Source: a virus (lineage: Duplodnaviria > Caudoviricetes). Taken from it: DNA of 64,000 nucleotides. The translations under genes were made by a program, and so were the position numbers. Shown in pieces: positions 9,698-20,569 of this stretch (its first letter is position 1; each line of letters starts with the position of its first letter). The notes beneath the pieces were generated by a model. It saw nothing but the letters and a program-made list of their open reading frames with translations, was not told where the DNA came from and did not search any database. The stretch is taken from the IMG/VR virus record IMGVR_UViG_2859564202_000001. One strand, written 5' to 3'.

Positions 9698-10537
9698 TTA
9701 TGAACTCAAGGAAGACCCAAAGAAAGGTACGCTATCGTCCTGGACCGACTTATCTGTCACTTCGAACAAGTAATGCACCTCCGAATACGTGCCATCTGGA
9801 TAAATTAATTCTGCAGCAAACCACATTTGCCCAGTACGATCTTCCGGTGCTGTGAAGGTAAGCTCACCGGTCTTCTCATCAATGACAATAGTTGCCCCCA
9901 TGAGTTCCGCATCTTCAACTGACCCATAACGATCGCGAACCACCTTAGCTCCCTGCGGAACCCCGCCAATCGCTCCATCCCCAGCAATGACCGTCATCGG
10001 AACTTTAATACTCTGACCATTACGAACCCGTTGAGAATCTATGCTCTGAACACTGTAGTAAAAACTATCTGATACCTCGACTACTGAATGAGGTGTCACT
10101 ATGTCAATAGAACTATCAGGGTAGACCACTCTTACAGTTACTCGATCTATATAAGATCGCGTCACTTCCCCAGGGTTGTAACTAATAGTTCCGGCGCCTC
10201 CAAAAGTATGCCGGATCACTCCTGTCTGTGAATCCAGCCGGGAGGTGACTACGCCATCGCTAACGGCGACTGCAAATGTGTCACTGTCAAGGACGAACCG
10301 AGTCCCCTCTGGTAATTCCGCAAAGTTTTCAACGGTCTGTGAGACCGAATTAGGCAAACCTGCATCATTATTTATCGAGCCGAGACGCGTTTCTAACGAC
10401 TCGTAATCCGGCTCGTAAAGAGCCGCCATGGGTACATTTTCCTGTGCAATTGCAACACTCGCGCCATTAACCGTTGTCCCAAATACTAACGAACATGACA
10501 GAATGGCAGTAACCAAAGTGCGTGACTGTACCAACAT
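9698..10537 (-). CDS. Secreted YPDG/Rib-like domain protein, copy A
   Basis: Signal peptide; VTVRVVYPDSS and IDEKTGELTFTAP...YPDG motifs; ends GSSLSS; paralog of 22080-22910. Confidence 0.8.
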   Translation of the reverse strand: MLVQSRTLVTAILSCSLVFGTTVNGASVAIAQENVPMAALYEPDYESLETRLGSINNDAGLPNSVSQTVENFAELPEGTRFVLDSDTFAVAVSDGVVTSRLDSQTGVIRHTFGGAGTISYNPGEVTRSYIDRVTVRVVYPDSSIDIVTPHSVVEVSDSFYYSVQSIDSQRVRNGQSIKVPMTVIAGDGAIGGVPQGAKVVRDRYGSVEDAELMGATIVIDEKTGELTFTAPEDRTGQMWFAAELIYPDGTYSEVHYLFEVTDKSVQDDSVPFFGSSLSS

Positions 10538-10760
10538 CCCTCTACACCACTTTCTGAATTAGAAATCCTCTATTCTCCCTCATACTATAGGGACAGGGTG
10601 TCTCAATATCATTGTGGTATCGAACTGACCTCTTTTCAGAAACGTCTGTTGACCCGTCTTTTTTGTACTGCACAAGAAAGCACCGCCTCGACACTCCAAC
10701 TCGAAGTCAGTGCTTTTCTACCATTAAAAGTGATAAGGCCCTTGAAAGGCATGATCGTCC

Positions 10761-10928
10761 ATCAAGCAATATCCGAAGCCCTCTCAGTAATCAGTCTGGG
10801 AAGCTCCTAGACGACTCGTAACGACCAAAAAGCACCGAGAACAGATGCAACTCAATCTCATTTACATCTGTTCTCGGCGCACTCATTTCCATAGCCCCAC
10901 TCGTAGCTTCCCAAATCCGGAATCAGAT
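10761..10928 (+). repeat. Direct repeat copy 2 (3' end of the 4714-5091 gene plus terminator)
   Basis: Near-identical to 5042-5208; encodes ALSVISLGSS*. Confidence 0.9.
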
Positions 10929-11146
10929 TTCAGCAACCCCACGACGAAGAATAACCGACACACCTGCGTAAACGGTCATCTGGAATACTGCCCTTTAGAG
11001 ATGCCACTGCATGTCACTCCACTACGGCAAGATAGTGGAGTGACATGCAGTGGTTTTTAGCTGAGATTTCCACGTGCGGGATCGAAAGTGCCTTTGGCTC
11101 CACGGAGAAGGCGCCCGGCCACACGGTAGACTATTGCATCACTTAA

Positions 11147-12091
11147 TTAGTTTTCATGCCCCTGCAGAAAAGTGCCACGGTTGTCATGATTGACGACAAA
11201 CTTAATTAATGGTCCTCGTTGCGCAGCAATAACGGACAGGTGGTGAAGAGTAAGAACTAAATCTTGAAGCTTTGGATCGCTCTCAAGTTCTTTGATATTC
11301 AATCCCAGCTCAAGTGCTTTACTGACCGAAATGTGTCGATTATGCGCAAGAGTAACGGAATGATCAGCGAGCTCTTTGATAGCGCGAGTGGCTTTTTCTT
11401 CTTTGTCAGGCTCGTCTAAAAACATACCCTTTTCAAGCCACTGCTTAACCATCGAGTTGGACCACTGAATAGCTTTTTTAGCTTCACCCAACATCGTGGG
11501 GTTGTATTTATTCAAGATCACCTGCCATATATGAGCAGTCTGCGGATTCTCAGAGACCTCTTTCTTCGCTTGCTCAAATTCTTCCAATAACCCGTGTGCC
11601 GGTAGGCCGTTAAACTGAGGATCAATGGGGCCAAGACTAGAATGCTTCCCCATAACAATCTCTTTGGACGAAAGTGCGATCATTGTTCCTGCTGACATTG
11701 CGAGTTGGGGGACAATGACTCTGAAATCTTGACCAAAGAGTGCGTGAATGTAATCTACTAACGACTCTGTCGCAGCAACATCTCCACCCGGAGTGTGGAG
11801 GATAAGATCGAGACCTTTACTCTGATCCAACTTATGGAGCGCAGTCATAAAACTGTTTTTATCAGTATCATTTACCGAAAAATCCGTAGATTGCCCGGAA
11901 AATCGTCGACCATTTTCTAACCACGCTGAATAATAGACGATTACATTTCGACCAGTATGTTCAAACAGTGCTTGTAGCGCTTCTCTACGTTTATCGCTTA
12001 CTGCGTCAACATCATTTATTTGTCTAATCTTGTACTGATTATCTTGGTAAATCTTAGAAATTTCATCAGTAATCTCTGCCCAGTTCCCCAT
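11147..12091 (-). CDS. SDH-family Clp-fold serine protease (S49-like)
   Basis: LDLILHTPGG, AMSAGTMIALS, SLGPIDPQ, H...I....A..LGL motifs. Confidence 0.85.
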   Translation of the reverse strand: MGNWAEITDEISKIYQDNQYKIRQINDVDAVSDKRREALQALFEHTGRNVIVYYSAWLENGRRFSGQSTDFSVNDTDKNSFMTALHKLDQSKGLDLILHTPGGDVAATESLVDYIHALFGQDFRVIVPQLAMSAGTMIALSSKEIVMGKHSSLGPIDPQFNGLPAHGLLEEFEQAKKEVSENPQTAHIWQVILNKYNPTMLGEAKKAIQWSNSMVKQWLEKGMFLDEPDKEEKATRAIKELADHSVTLAHNRHISVSKALELGLNIKELESDPKLQDLVLTLHHLSVIAAQRGPLIKFVVNHDNRGTFLQGHEN

Positions 12092-12095
12092 GTAG

Positions 12096-12248
12096 CTATC
12101 CTCTACTCGACCACACTAACGTGGCTGGTCGCTGTTGCTCAAAAAAATCTAAGAAACTTAAGTCACTGGGTAATACTTCTACCGACTCAGATTCCAAATA
12201 GCGATAAAAGTCCTCTGCCGATTCAACGAATTCAGACGAAGAAGTCAT
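12096..12248 (-). CDS. Small acidic protein (50 aa) directly upstream of the protease
   Basis: AGGGAG RBS before ATG 12248 (MTSSSEFVESAEDFYRYLE...WSSRG); stop 4 nt before the protease start. Confidence 0.55.
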   Translation of the reverse strand: MTSSSEFVESAEDFYRYLESESVEVLPSDLSFLDFFEQQRPATLVWSSRG

Positions 12249-12404
12249 GTTTCTACTCCCTACAGTAAGCATTAAACTATCATAAACCCTAAATTTAAAT
12301 TTAGACTCAAATTCAATATAATCAATGAACCAACTATATAAAGACAAGTCGTACACGGATCATCTTTTATTTCAGTTCAGGAGACTGTCTCTAGAACCCT
12401 ACTG

Positions 12405-13031
12405 TTGCGTGGGAAGCAGCGGGTCACCCTACTCCCACCAACAAAGACCCGGTGTGCTGGAATGGACAGTGTGAAAACGTTCCATGTCTCACCTCTTCAG
12501 TGCACAGTATTGCTTATTGCTCCATTTCTCGCGGTAACACTAACCGCATGCGCCGATAGCGCTGAGCACCCTGTATCCCAAGATCTACCAAGCATCATCA
12601 CAAGCACGGTCACTACGACAGTGTCCCCTGAGCAGAATCTCGACGTCAATAACGACCAAAGCAGTGTCAACGACAATGACAATCAGAACCTACACGTCAC
12701 GTCAGAGGGCGCCGGTGTACTCTTCTTGCGGTTAGACAACAACGTACCTTCCACAGATGCTGCTAACACAACGATTGAGGGAAAACTGATCTCCGGCCCT
12801 GGCGGTTGTCTTTCTGTTCAACCAGGTGGTCGACCAGAACTACTCATTTTTAACACCGACACCCGATTTAGTGACCATCCACCACAGGTAACCTTGGGTG
12901 AGAAAACAATCAAAATCGGAGAGCGATTTTCCTTAAACGCAATCGAAGTATCTTCTACGGACCTTACCGGAATCCCTGATAAATGCTCTAACGGTGCCGC
13001 CGACAGGGCTTGGATTGTCGGTACGAAGTAA
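12405..13031 (+). CDS. Putative lipoprotein (true start probably about 12470)
   Basis: Lipobox LTAC, Thr/Asn-rich linker, IEGKLISGPGGCL domain. Confidence 0.7.
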   Translation: MRGKQRVTLLPPTKTRCAGMDSVKTFHVSPLQCTVLLIAPFLAVTLTACADSAEHPVSQDLPSIITSTVTTTVSPEQNLDVNNDQSSVNDNDNQNLHVTSEGAGVLFLRLDNNVPSTDAANTTIEGKLISGPGGCLSVQPGGRPELLIFNTDTRFSDHPPQVTLGEKTIKIGERFSLNAIEVSSTDLTGIPDKCSNGAADRAWIVGTK

Positions 13032-13380
13032 AACAACAGCGCATTACCACTAATGCCTCAACGCGAAAAGCTCCTTGATGTTTTGTGGGAGAGAATGCCT
13101 GGATGCCTAGAGAAAATCACTCAGCCTCACCTCTCCGGCATTCTTGTGGACAGCTAACCGGGTAGTCCCACATCATCTCTAGAAAAAGTCATCGAACTGC
13201 GTGATGTAGTACACTATCGCTCGTATACACCATTCACCATCACGTAACCAAATTCTTGCAGTACTAAGAAACCACTATTCTTGCTTCGCACTTGAAACAC
13301 GAAAGAATACGTAGTATTAATTAAGTTTTTCAAGAGCTGATAACACTAATCTTCAATGAAAGCACTTAAAGGGGAGAATC

Positions 13381-13593
13381 ATGGGGTACCTGGGAATTGA
13401 TAGAGACAACGAAGAACACAACATCCACATTTGTACCACTGCAGATGCACTCTATGAAGCACAGGTATCGGTTTACGAGATCCATAGAGTTTTAGCAAAA
13501 TTTTGGAATTTGACATGCCATCAAATTGAAGAAATCCTCGACATTGTCGATGAAGCGCGGCGAGATCGTAGAGCGCTAGGAGTCGATATCTAA
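13381..13593 (+). CDS. Small hypothetical protein
   Basis: AGGGGAG RBS; 70 aa, helical. Confidence 0.5.
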   Translation: MGYLGIDRDNEEHNIHICTTADALYEAQVSVYEIHRVLAKFWNLTCHQIEEILDIVDEARRDRRALGVDI

Positions 13594-13661
13594 CTTCGCC
13601 GAAAGTTGATGCATCTTGGTGGCATGACTCACTGAGCTCACGGTGTTAAAGAGCAGGAAAA

Positions 13662-14198
13662 CTAGCCCATTGCATCGTCTGCATCGTCTGCATCGTCTGC
13701 ACCGTCCGGCAAAAAATAGAATTCTGCTTCTAGCTCTTTCCGTAATTCGGACGGATCTTTTCCAGCGATGGCGGTACTACAGAAAACAGATAGATCATCT
13801 GTGTCGTTAGACTCATTAACCTGGGTGCATGTGAAATTGAGATCCACTAAAACACCATCAGCATCGCTGAGGGAAACCCCTCGATCCTGGACAAGGTATC
13901 TGCGCGCTTGAGACATACCTTGACGTATTTCTCCATGTTCAAAGCGCACGCGATATAACTCTTGTTGAGTCAACCCGTAAGCCAACTCGTATAGTGCCAT
14001 TCGTTCTGGGTCTATATCAGGTGACTCACGTAGTGGGCTAGGTGTCAACGTTGTCCATTGCACATCAGATTCGTCGTCGTTCAAGGGTGAAACACTGTTT
14101 GGGGCATCGGAGGAAGCGCAACTCGCAACGCCCCACATTGACACGCTAACGGATAGAACCAACCAGGGCATCATCCTCATATCACTAAGCATTGACAC
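13662..14198 (-). CDS. Putative lipoprotein
   Basis: Hydrophobic stretch then VASC; acidic ADD tail from a 9-bp tandem repeat. Confidence 0.6.
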   Translation of the reverse strand: MSMLSDMRMMPWLVLSVSVSMWGVASCASSDAPNSVSPLNDDESDVQWTTLTPSPLRESPDIDPERMALYELAYGLTQQELYRVRFEHGEIRQGMSQARRYLVQDRGVSLSDADGVLVDLNFTCTQVNESNDTDDLSVFCSTAIAGKDPSELRKELEAEFYFLPDGADDADDADDAMG

Positions 14199-14706
14199 AA
14201 TGCACTGCCCTACCTCTCCTGATTTTTGACTACACCGCGGACAGCTATGAGCGCGTGATCCGCTCTAAAAATAGCCACACAGTTTAAGTTGATGAGCACC
14301 TGAAAATCAGCTCAGTCCACTACTTACATCAGTGAATACTTCTTTGATGTTACGTCACTAAAAAATGCTTGATGCGAATATCAAGAGAATATGACAGGCT
14401 TCATACACGCCCCACTAGTGTTATACCCATGGCTAATTCTGACTGCAGTGACTTATCTACGTTTACCACTCCGCAACACAGATTAAAGCACTCGATATTG
14501 AGAGCTTTTACAGCTGACCATGCGCTGTCGTTCTTTCAGTGGCACAACCCGACCTAAGTTCAATGTTTCATTTTACCGAGACACATGACGTCATTATCTA
14601 ACTCTCAACCACCCTTACTTAGCGGGTATCATGTCTGCGTTGTCCAATCAGGCTATGACTTTTTCTTGGCGCTGCACATCAACAAACCCACCGCCAACCA
14701 CGTCGC

Positions 14707-15243
14707 CTACCGCTTCGCCAGGTGTTTCTTCTCCACCGCAGCAAGACCTTCTTCCACAGTCTGCGGACCCTTCTTCGCAGCTAACTCTTTCGCCTCTACT
14801 GCAGCAAGCTCCTCTTTCTTGCGGGTAGATTTTTCTCCCAACCTTTCTTCCCGGTGCTCTGCCCGCGCCTGCATCGCCACCACATCCAAATCAGCAGTAC
14901 CTGTGGTCACAGTGCCACCGCCGTAATGACTGTCTCGTTTAAAACGCTTCTTACCACGTTGTGCTTCTGTTGCTCGGCGTTTCTTCATATACGGATTCAC
15001 ACCGAGGGCAAGATTCGTTTCAAAAACTACGTTGGTAGCACCGCGGCGAAGATAACTTGCACCGGAATTATGCGTGGTTACAAGACGTGCCAAATCCATG
15101 GGAATCGTGCTGTTCAGTAGCTGTTGGTACACACCGACCGCGTCAGCATCCATAGGGCCAAGAATGGTGTACGACGCACGCGGAAACATATTAAAACCAT
15201 CTGTATTAAGCATCCCATCGGCAGATCCGTACAGATAAGCCAC
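14707..15243 (-). pseudogene. 3' fragment duplicate of the VirB4-like gene 26493-28925
   Basis: YTILGPM...IPMDLARLVTT.NSGASYLRRG.TNVVFETNLALGVNPYM...LAKR closely matches the C-terminus of the 810-aa protein. Confidence 0.9.
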
Positions 15244-15259
15244 TCGCCCACCGCGTTAT

Positions 15260-16317
15260 CTGATGCGGAAAACAATGCTGAACTCACCACTGCACAGATT
15301 CTGCACATTGACCCCGTCACCGGTGTGGCCATCCCACGTCAAAACATTCTGCTGGGTGAGGATTTTCAGACTATGGCCAGCTCTTTTAGTCAAATCCGCC
15401 ATGGATGGGGTATCACCCAGCTCATCGGACAAGACCCCAACAGAAACCAACCAATCCGCTCTGCTGATACGTGGACAGTGACTGGATCGACTGGACTCAC
15501 CGGCTTTAATACTGCTACGCATAATACAGATGACACAGACGCCACTGCCGCATATACCATGCCGGCAAGCGATCCTGCCGTAGGACTATGCGCACTGGAA
15601 TCCAACAAAGACGCACCGGTGGATGAATTTCGCGATCTCAGCCTCAGTGCTTTACGTACCGCTACGGTCATGTCAAGCTCTGGCTCCGCCGTGATTACTA
15701 TGCATGATCCTATGGTCATGAGCACCACTGGCGCATTGGAAGCACGTGCATACGTTGACGGCGAAGTCATCAACCAGCACGATCTTGACTCACTGCGTGA
15801 CCAGCTAGGTATTACTACAGACAGCGCAGATACCACCCCTGCCCTACCTGCTGATCCCTTGGCAGCATTGGGCTTGAGCACACCAACTACATCAGCTCTT
15901 GTCCCAGGTCTTGCCGAGCTGGACTGCCTCAACACTGATCAAGCTCGCACCTGGCATGACCGTGACAACAGCATTGGCACTGGTAAACCAGCTATTCTTG
16001 CCGTGATTAACGCCGAGCTCGCTGATGATTACACCCTGCAGATCCTCAAAAATAGCACTGCGACCCCCACCGACTCCACCGACTCCAGCGATACTGCTGA
16101 ACGCTTCGTAGCGCAGCTACCTGCGGAAACAGCCTTTGTGCTTATTGATCCGGACATCGGCGCTGTGACCGATCTGTTCTTTATCAACAGCATAAATCAG
16201 GATCTCCCCGCACCGACAACCCAGATCAACTCAGTAGCGGTAGATCAACGTGACCCCAACATCATCTACGCGACCTTTGCCAATGATGACCGCGTGTACC
16301 AGCTCATGCTGGGTTAA
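15260..16317 (+). pseudogene. 5'-truncated paralog of lipoprotein 49148-50569
   Basis: From D.ENNAELTTA onward matches the 473-aa protein; signal peptide lost at the junction with the VirB4 fragment. Confidence 0.85.
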
Positions 16318-16435
16318 CCGCGACCCGTTTTTATCTGTGCTGATCCGCGCCGTGCCAACTCGCACTGGGTCGCACTGGGTCGCACAACCGCATACACATA
16401 CACACAATTAATCACCCTCAACACGAAGATTTATC

Positions 16436-17026
16436 ATGACATTTTTGCACCGTTCCGCCAGTTTCCACCCTCGTACCCACGATCACCTCAGCGAGCTCGG
16501 TCTTGATCCTTATAAGCTCTCTCAAGACATCCCCACTGTTATTTATGAAGTCCAGCCGCACAGTGTGTTCATTTTAAAATTCAACACTGCCGATGTTCGG
16601 GTCTATCAGGAACACTCCGATCTCTTTGTGCGACATGCTGTGCTTGTTGATCCAGAACAGCGTAAACATGAGCATGACCAGCTCCTTAAAGAGATTCTCG
16701 ACCTCGATGCCCCTCGTGTCAACGATGATATTAGTGGTCGCACGACAGTGTTTCTCCACGATAAAACAGTTGTTACGCACAGTGGTGGCCCCATTGCGAT
16801 TATTCCGCACAATCCCGATGTCGCCAGCGCCGCTGCGTCAGCTAATAAACACAAACAATCTGTGATGACAACATCCAGGCATCCTTATGCGCAGATGTCT
16901 CTCAGCGACATGCTGAAACAAGGCTTCACGCTCACACCTCTAGAGTTCCCCTACTGCGCTGTTGATGACCCCGACAGCTCACGCCACACAATGCACGTCA
17001 TCAACGTTCGAGATCATACAGTGTGA
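16436..17026 (+). CDS. Hypothetical protein, paralog of 50623-51216
   Basis: Shared MTFLH, DISGR.TVFL.DK, QGFTLTPLEFP.CAVDDP...MHVINVR. Confidence 0.8.
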   Translation: MTFLHRSASFHPRTHDHLSELGLDPYKLSQDIPTVIYEVQPHSVFILKFNTADVRVYQEHSDLFVRHAVLVDPEQRKHEHDQLLKEILDLDAPRVNDDISGRTTVFLHDKTVVTHSGGPIAIIPHNPDVASAAASANKHKQSVMTTSRHPYAQMSLSDMLKQGFTLTPLEFPYCAVDDPDSSRHTMHVINVRDHTV

Positions 17027-17240
17027 ACTACCGCGCCGCTAGAGATGGTGCAGCTGTGTTTATAAATAAAAGCGTAATAGTTGTAAACCAGTGACAAATA
17101 ATTTATGTTTCTCCACTAATCAGTGACAATGGTCCTCCCCGTATTGCTGGCACTGGTTCTTCCACACTGATTGGGGACCTGACCCCCGGATGGTGGACAC
17201 CTTGAAACAAGCATGATGCTGGGAAAGGTAATCTGCCACC

Positions 17241-17537
17241 ATGCCACGCAAGACCTACACAGAGGAGTTCAAGCGCGACGCTGTCGCGCTCTACGAGAAC
17301 TCCGCCGGCACCTCGATCCAGAAGATCGCCAATGATCTCGGAATCAACCGAATGACCCTTAAAAACTGGATTACTAAATACGGGGCCAACTCAACTCCAC
17401 ATGGCGCTAACACGGCCACCGCGCTGTCCGAAGCTGAACGGATCCGCCAACTTGAAAAGGAAAATGCACTCCTCCGCGAAGAGCGTGACATCCTGCGGAA
17501 AGCGGCCAAATATTTCGCGGAAGAGACGAACTGGTGA
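17241..17537 (+). CDS. IS3 transposase OrfA (HTH)
   Basis: MPRKTYTEEFKRDAVALY...LRKAAKYFA. Confidence 0.95.
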   Translation: MPRKTYTEEFKRDAVALYENSAGTSIQKIANDLGINRMTLKNWITKYGANSTPHGANTATALSEAERIRQLEKENALLREERDILRKAAKYFAEETNW

Positions 17538-18430
17538 TCCGCTTCCGATTCGTTGATGACGCTCGAAAGACCTACTCGGTTAAGCGGATATGTGACGTGT
17601 TGAAGCTCAATCGTTCCTCATATTACAAATGGAAAAGCACCGCCTTCACGCGTGAAAAACGCCTGCTCAGCGACGCTATTCTTGGGGTCCAGGTCAAGAC
17701 TGTATTCACCACTCACAGTGGCTGTTATGGGGCCAAACGAATCGCGGCTGAACTCAAAGACCAGATCGGCCATGACCTTGCGAACCACAAGCGGGTTGCC
17801 CGGATCATGCGATCGTTGAAGCTGTTCGGATACACAAAGAAACGCAAGGTCACCACCACCGTGCCGGACAAAACCAAGACAGTGTTCCCTGACCTTGTCG
17901 GCCGGAAGTTCACCGCTGACAAGCCGAACCAGCTCTATGTCGGGGATATCACCTATCTGCCAATTCAGGATGGGTCGAATATGTACCTGGCCACGGTCAT
18001 TGACTGTTACTCCCGCAGGTTGGTGGGCTTTTCTATCGCAGATCACATGCGCACGAGCTTGGTCCAGGACGCGCTGCTCATGGCTAAAGACCAGCGTGGA
18101 AACCTCAAAGGTGCGATTTTTCACTCCGACCACGGCAGCGTTTACACGTCTCATGCGTTTCAGGAGACGTGTAAGAAACTAGGGATCAGGCAGTCGATGG
18201 GATCAATTGGCACCAGTGCTGACAACGCTTTGGCGGAGTCTTTCAATGCCGCGATGAAGCGGGAAGTCCTGCAGGATTCCAAGACCTTTGAAAATCAATT
18301 GTGCTGTCGCCGGGACGTCTTCCGCTGGTGTACCCGTTACAACACGGTTCGCCGGCATTCCTGGTGTAGATATCTGGCTCCGGTCGTGTTTGAGGAGCGC
18401 GGTCCTGCTATCCTGAGATCTGCTTCCTGA
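17534..18430 (+). CDS. IS3 transposase OrfB (DDE/rve)
   Basis: YVGDITY, FHSDHGS.Y, DNALAESF; GTGA overlap with orfA. Confidence 0.95.
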   Translation: MIRFRFVDDARKTYSVKRICDVLKLNRSSYYKWKSTAFTREKRLLSDAILGVQVKTVFTTHSGCYGAKRIAAELKDQIGHDLANHKRVARIMRSLKLFGYTKKRKVTTTVPDKTKTVFPDLVGRKFTADKPNQLYVGDITYLPIQDGSNMYLATVIDCYSRRLVGFSIADHMRTSLVQDALLMAKDQRGNLKGAIFHSDHGSVYTSHAFQETCKKLGIRQSMGSIGTSADNALAESFNAAMKREVLQDSKTFENQLCCRRDVFRWCTRYNTVRRHSWCRYLAPVVFEERGPAILRSAS

Positions 18431-18581
18431 TCAAATCCTCCGTGTCCACCATCCGGGGGTCGGACCCTGGTTTATCGTCAGAAGCCTTATTCTCCTCTTA
18501 ACTACCATGAGGTAACCATCTAAAGTAGATGGTTGCAACAACTTTTCATTACATCAACATGTTTAAAAAAGGACACTGATT

Positions 18582-19028
18582 ATGACTTACTTCGCACTCG
18601 TTGCTCGCAATTACGCTGAGACAGGTGTCTCTGTTGAATTCCATGAGGTCGATGATGACGCAGATAACTCAAATGGCCCCAACAACACAAGCAATTTACC
18701 TCTAAAACTTCTTCGAGATCACTCTTTTGATGCCACTGTTGTCTATGGTGACCTGGTGCTTCACACCTCAGCACATCTCAGAGATACGGCTATCGCCAAC
18801 TCAGACAACCGTCCGCGAGTAGTGACCACAGCTCAAAAATTCTTTGATTACATCCGCTTAGCCACCAGACACGGTGCTATCCACGACATGATCAATAACG
18901 CGCCAGATACCGGCACTGACATCGTTGTTATTACGGCCACTAATGATGCTCTTATTAGTGATGAATCAGAATACTATGACGAGCTTTTTCATATTCTCGA
19001 ATCCGCACAGGGTGTGATTCTTAAATGA
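18582..19028 (+). CDS. Hypothetical protein, paralog of 51285-51683
   Basis: AAAGGA RBS; shared MT.FAL.A, YGD.V, D.SE.YDE...GVILK. Confidence 0.75.
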   Translation: MTYFALVARNYAETGVSVEFHEVDDDADNSNGPNNTSNLPLKLLRDHSFDATVVYGDLVLHTSAHLRDTAIANSDNRPRVVTTAQKFFDYIRLATRHGAIHDMINNAPDTGTDIVVITATNDALISDESEYYDELFHILESAQGVILK

Positions 19029-19203
19029 TTGATTAATTGATATGATTAACACTGAATCCCGAGCTATGCATGTTTACTAAAAAACTCCAAATTTCGGAAT
19101 GAGCGCCAAGAATCACGTCCTTGACCGTTTAAGTCGTTAACCTTGTCCAGCCAACTAGAATGGCTAAACAAGGTTAACAACAGTGTTTCAAACTAAAAAA
19201 CGA

Positions 19204-19959
19204 TTAGTAGTAGACGTTAAGCACCACTGAATTCGGAAATGATCTAGCGACAACGCGGTGAGTTCCTGCAGAAGAACTAATTGGTCCCACCCATGGAATA
19301 TTTGGAAAAGCAACAAGGTTAACATCACCATAGAAGGCCGCAAGACCACCCTCTATACCTCCACGTGGATTGCTTGTCGTCACTGCCAATCCTGGAGCAC
19401 TGTTATACTTTACGTAACTGCGAGGATTGCTGACAGAAGTAGCGATTCCTACATTGGAGTAGTAGGTTCCACCAGTACAAACCTTTAGGACTTCAATTCC
19501 GTAGAGAGTATTCGTTAAACACCCCTCAATATAATCAGAACCCTGCCAGGCTGCTGGAGAAATGACATTTGGATCTTCGTCGCCTACGTTGTCCGTCTGA
19601 ACCACTTCAACATTATCTGGGAGAATTTCTTCTCCAGAGACCGACCTCAGCACTGCATCACTAGCTAAAAGACTCTTGAAGCCCTCTAGTTCGCTCGGAG
19701 TGAAATTGGAAATTTTTTCTGCATTAGCTATAGCCTCTGGCACTCCATTGGCCACGTCCTCTGCAGTTGTACGTTCGAATTCTGCAAATGCGAGATCTAC
19801 TGCTGAGACATCTCCGGATACCTCTTCAGCAGAAGAGACAGAATTCATGAGAGTGGCAGTCGCAATAAGAGCAACAATTCCACCGGTAACTGTTTTTCGT
19901 AACATCGGGATTCCTTTCTGTTTTGCCGATGACCACATCTGACTGTATGATTGACTCAC
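19204..19959 (-). CDS. Secreted protein (likely start MLRKTV)
   Basis: Signal peptide, acidic N-domain, beta-rich Cys-containing C-domain. Confidence 0.75.
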   Translation of the reverse strand: MSQSYSQMWSSAKQKGIPMLRKTVTGGIVALIATATLMNSVSSAEEVSGDVSAVDLAFAEFERTTAEDVANGVPEAIANAEKISNFTPSELEGFKSLLASDAVLRSVSGEEILPDNVEVVQTDNVGDEDPNVISPAAWQGSDYIEGCLTNTLYGIEVLKVCTGGTYYSNVGIATSVSNPRSYVKYNSAPGLAVTTSNPRGGIEGGLAAFYGDVNLVAFPNIPWVGPISSSAGTHRVVARSFPNSVVLNVYY

Positions 19960-19984
19960 CTTTATTTCCAGTCTTGTAATAAGA

Positions 19985-20290
19985 ATGTTACAAATGATCG
20001 AAACGTATGACCACTACATTGTCGAAAAGCAGGGGAGTAAACCACAGGTGAATGTCGCTAACGAAATCAATACGTCAAACAATATCCCCCTTCCGGAAAT
20101 GTATTCAGTTTTCCTTCTTGCTTTCGTGGTTTTAGTCATCGCAACCGCCCTGCTCACCGCGATTTTAGAGTGGCGAAACTCTCATTCTTTACCGTTAGCA
20201 ACCCTATGGGGTCTCATCAGCTGCGCCTTACCTTTTGCGGGGCCACTTTTCTGGATTGTTATAAGCTACTTTAAGAATAGAAAAAAATAA
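19985..20290 (+). CDS. Small two-helix membrane protein (PLDc_N-like)
   Basis: W.LI...LPFAGPL.W followed by a basic tail. Confidence 0.55.
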   Translation: MLQMIETYDHYIVEKQGSKPQVNVANEINTSNNIPLPEMYSVFLLAFVVLVIATALLTAILEWRNSHSLPLATLWGLISCALPFAGPLFWIVISYFKNRKK

Positions 20291-20569
20291 AAGAATCAAA
20301 GCGAAGTGCTATTTACTTGATTCACCCGTTGATAAATATTTATTCATATATTGAAGTTCTCGGCATACATTCCCCATAAAGCTCATAAACTCTGTGTCGT
20401 GACCTCTCAGATTATTATGATGAGTTTTCCCTTTTCCACGTAATTGAATTAGCACGAAGGGCGATTCCCAAATGACCAATGGGTCGGATCGCCTTTTTGC
20501 TCATGCTCAGCTCACTGGCGTACAGCGCACAGTTACATTTCGACCAGATAGCGCACTGGATGCACTGTC

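Larger units (their letters stand above)
17175..18467 (+). mobile_element. Intact IS3-family insertion sequence (1293 bp)
   Basis: 26-bp imperfect IRs ggacctgacccccggatggtggacac (17175-17200) and gtgtccaccatccgggggtcggaccc (18442-18467); 3-bp TGG target duplication; orfA/orfB. Confidence 0.95.

Noticed and set aside
13670-13705. gcatcgtct tandem repeat
   Set aside because: In-frame 9-bp coding slippage (ADD); no phase variation expected.
15124-15260. N-terminal extension of the 397-aa ORF
   Set aside because: Antisense of the VirB4 fragment; a junction artefact rather than a real N-terminus.
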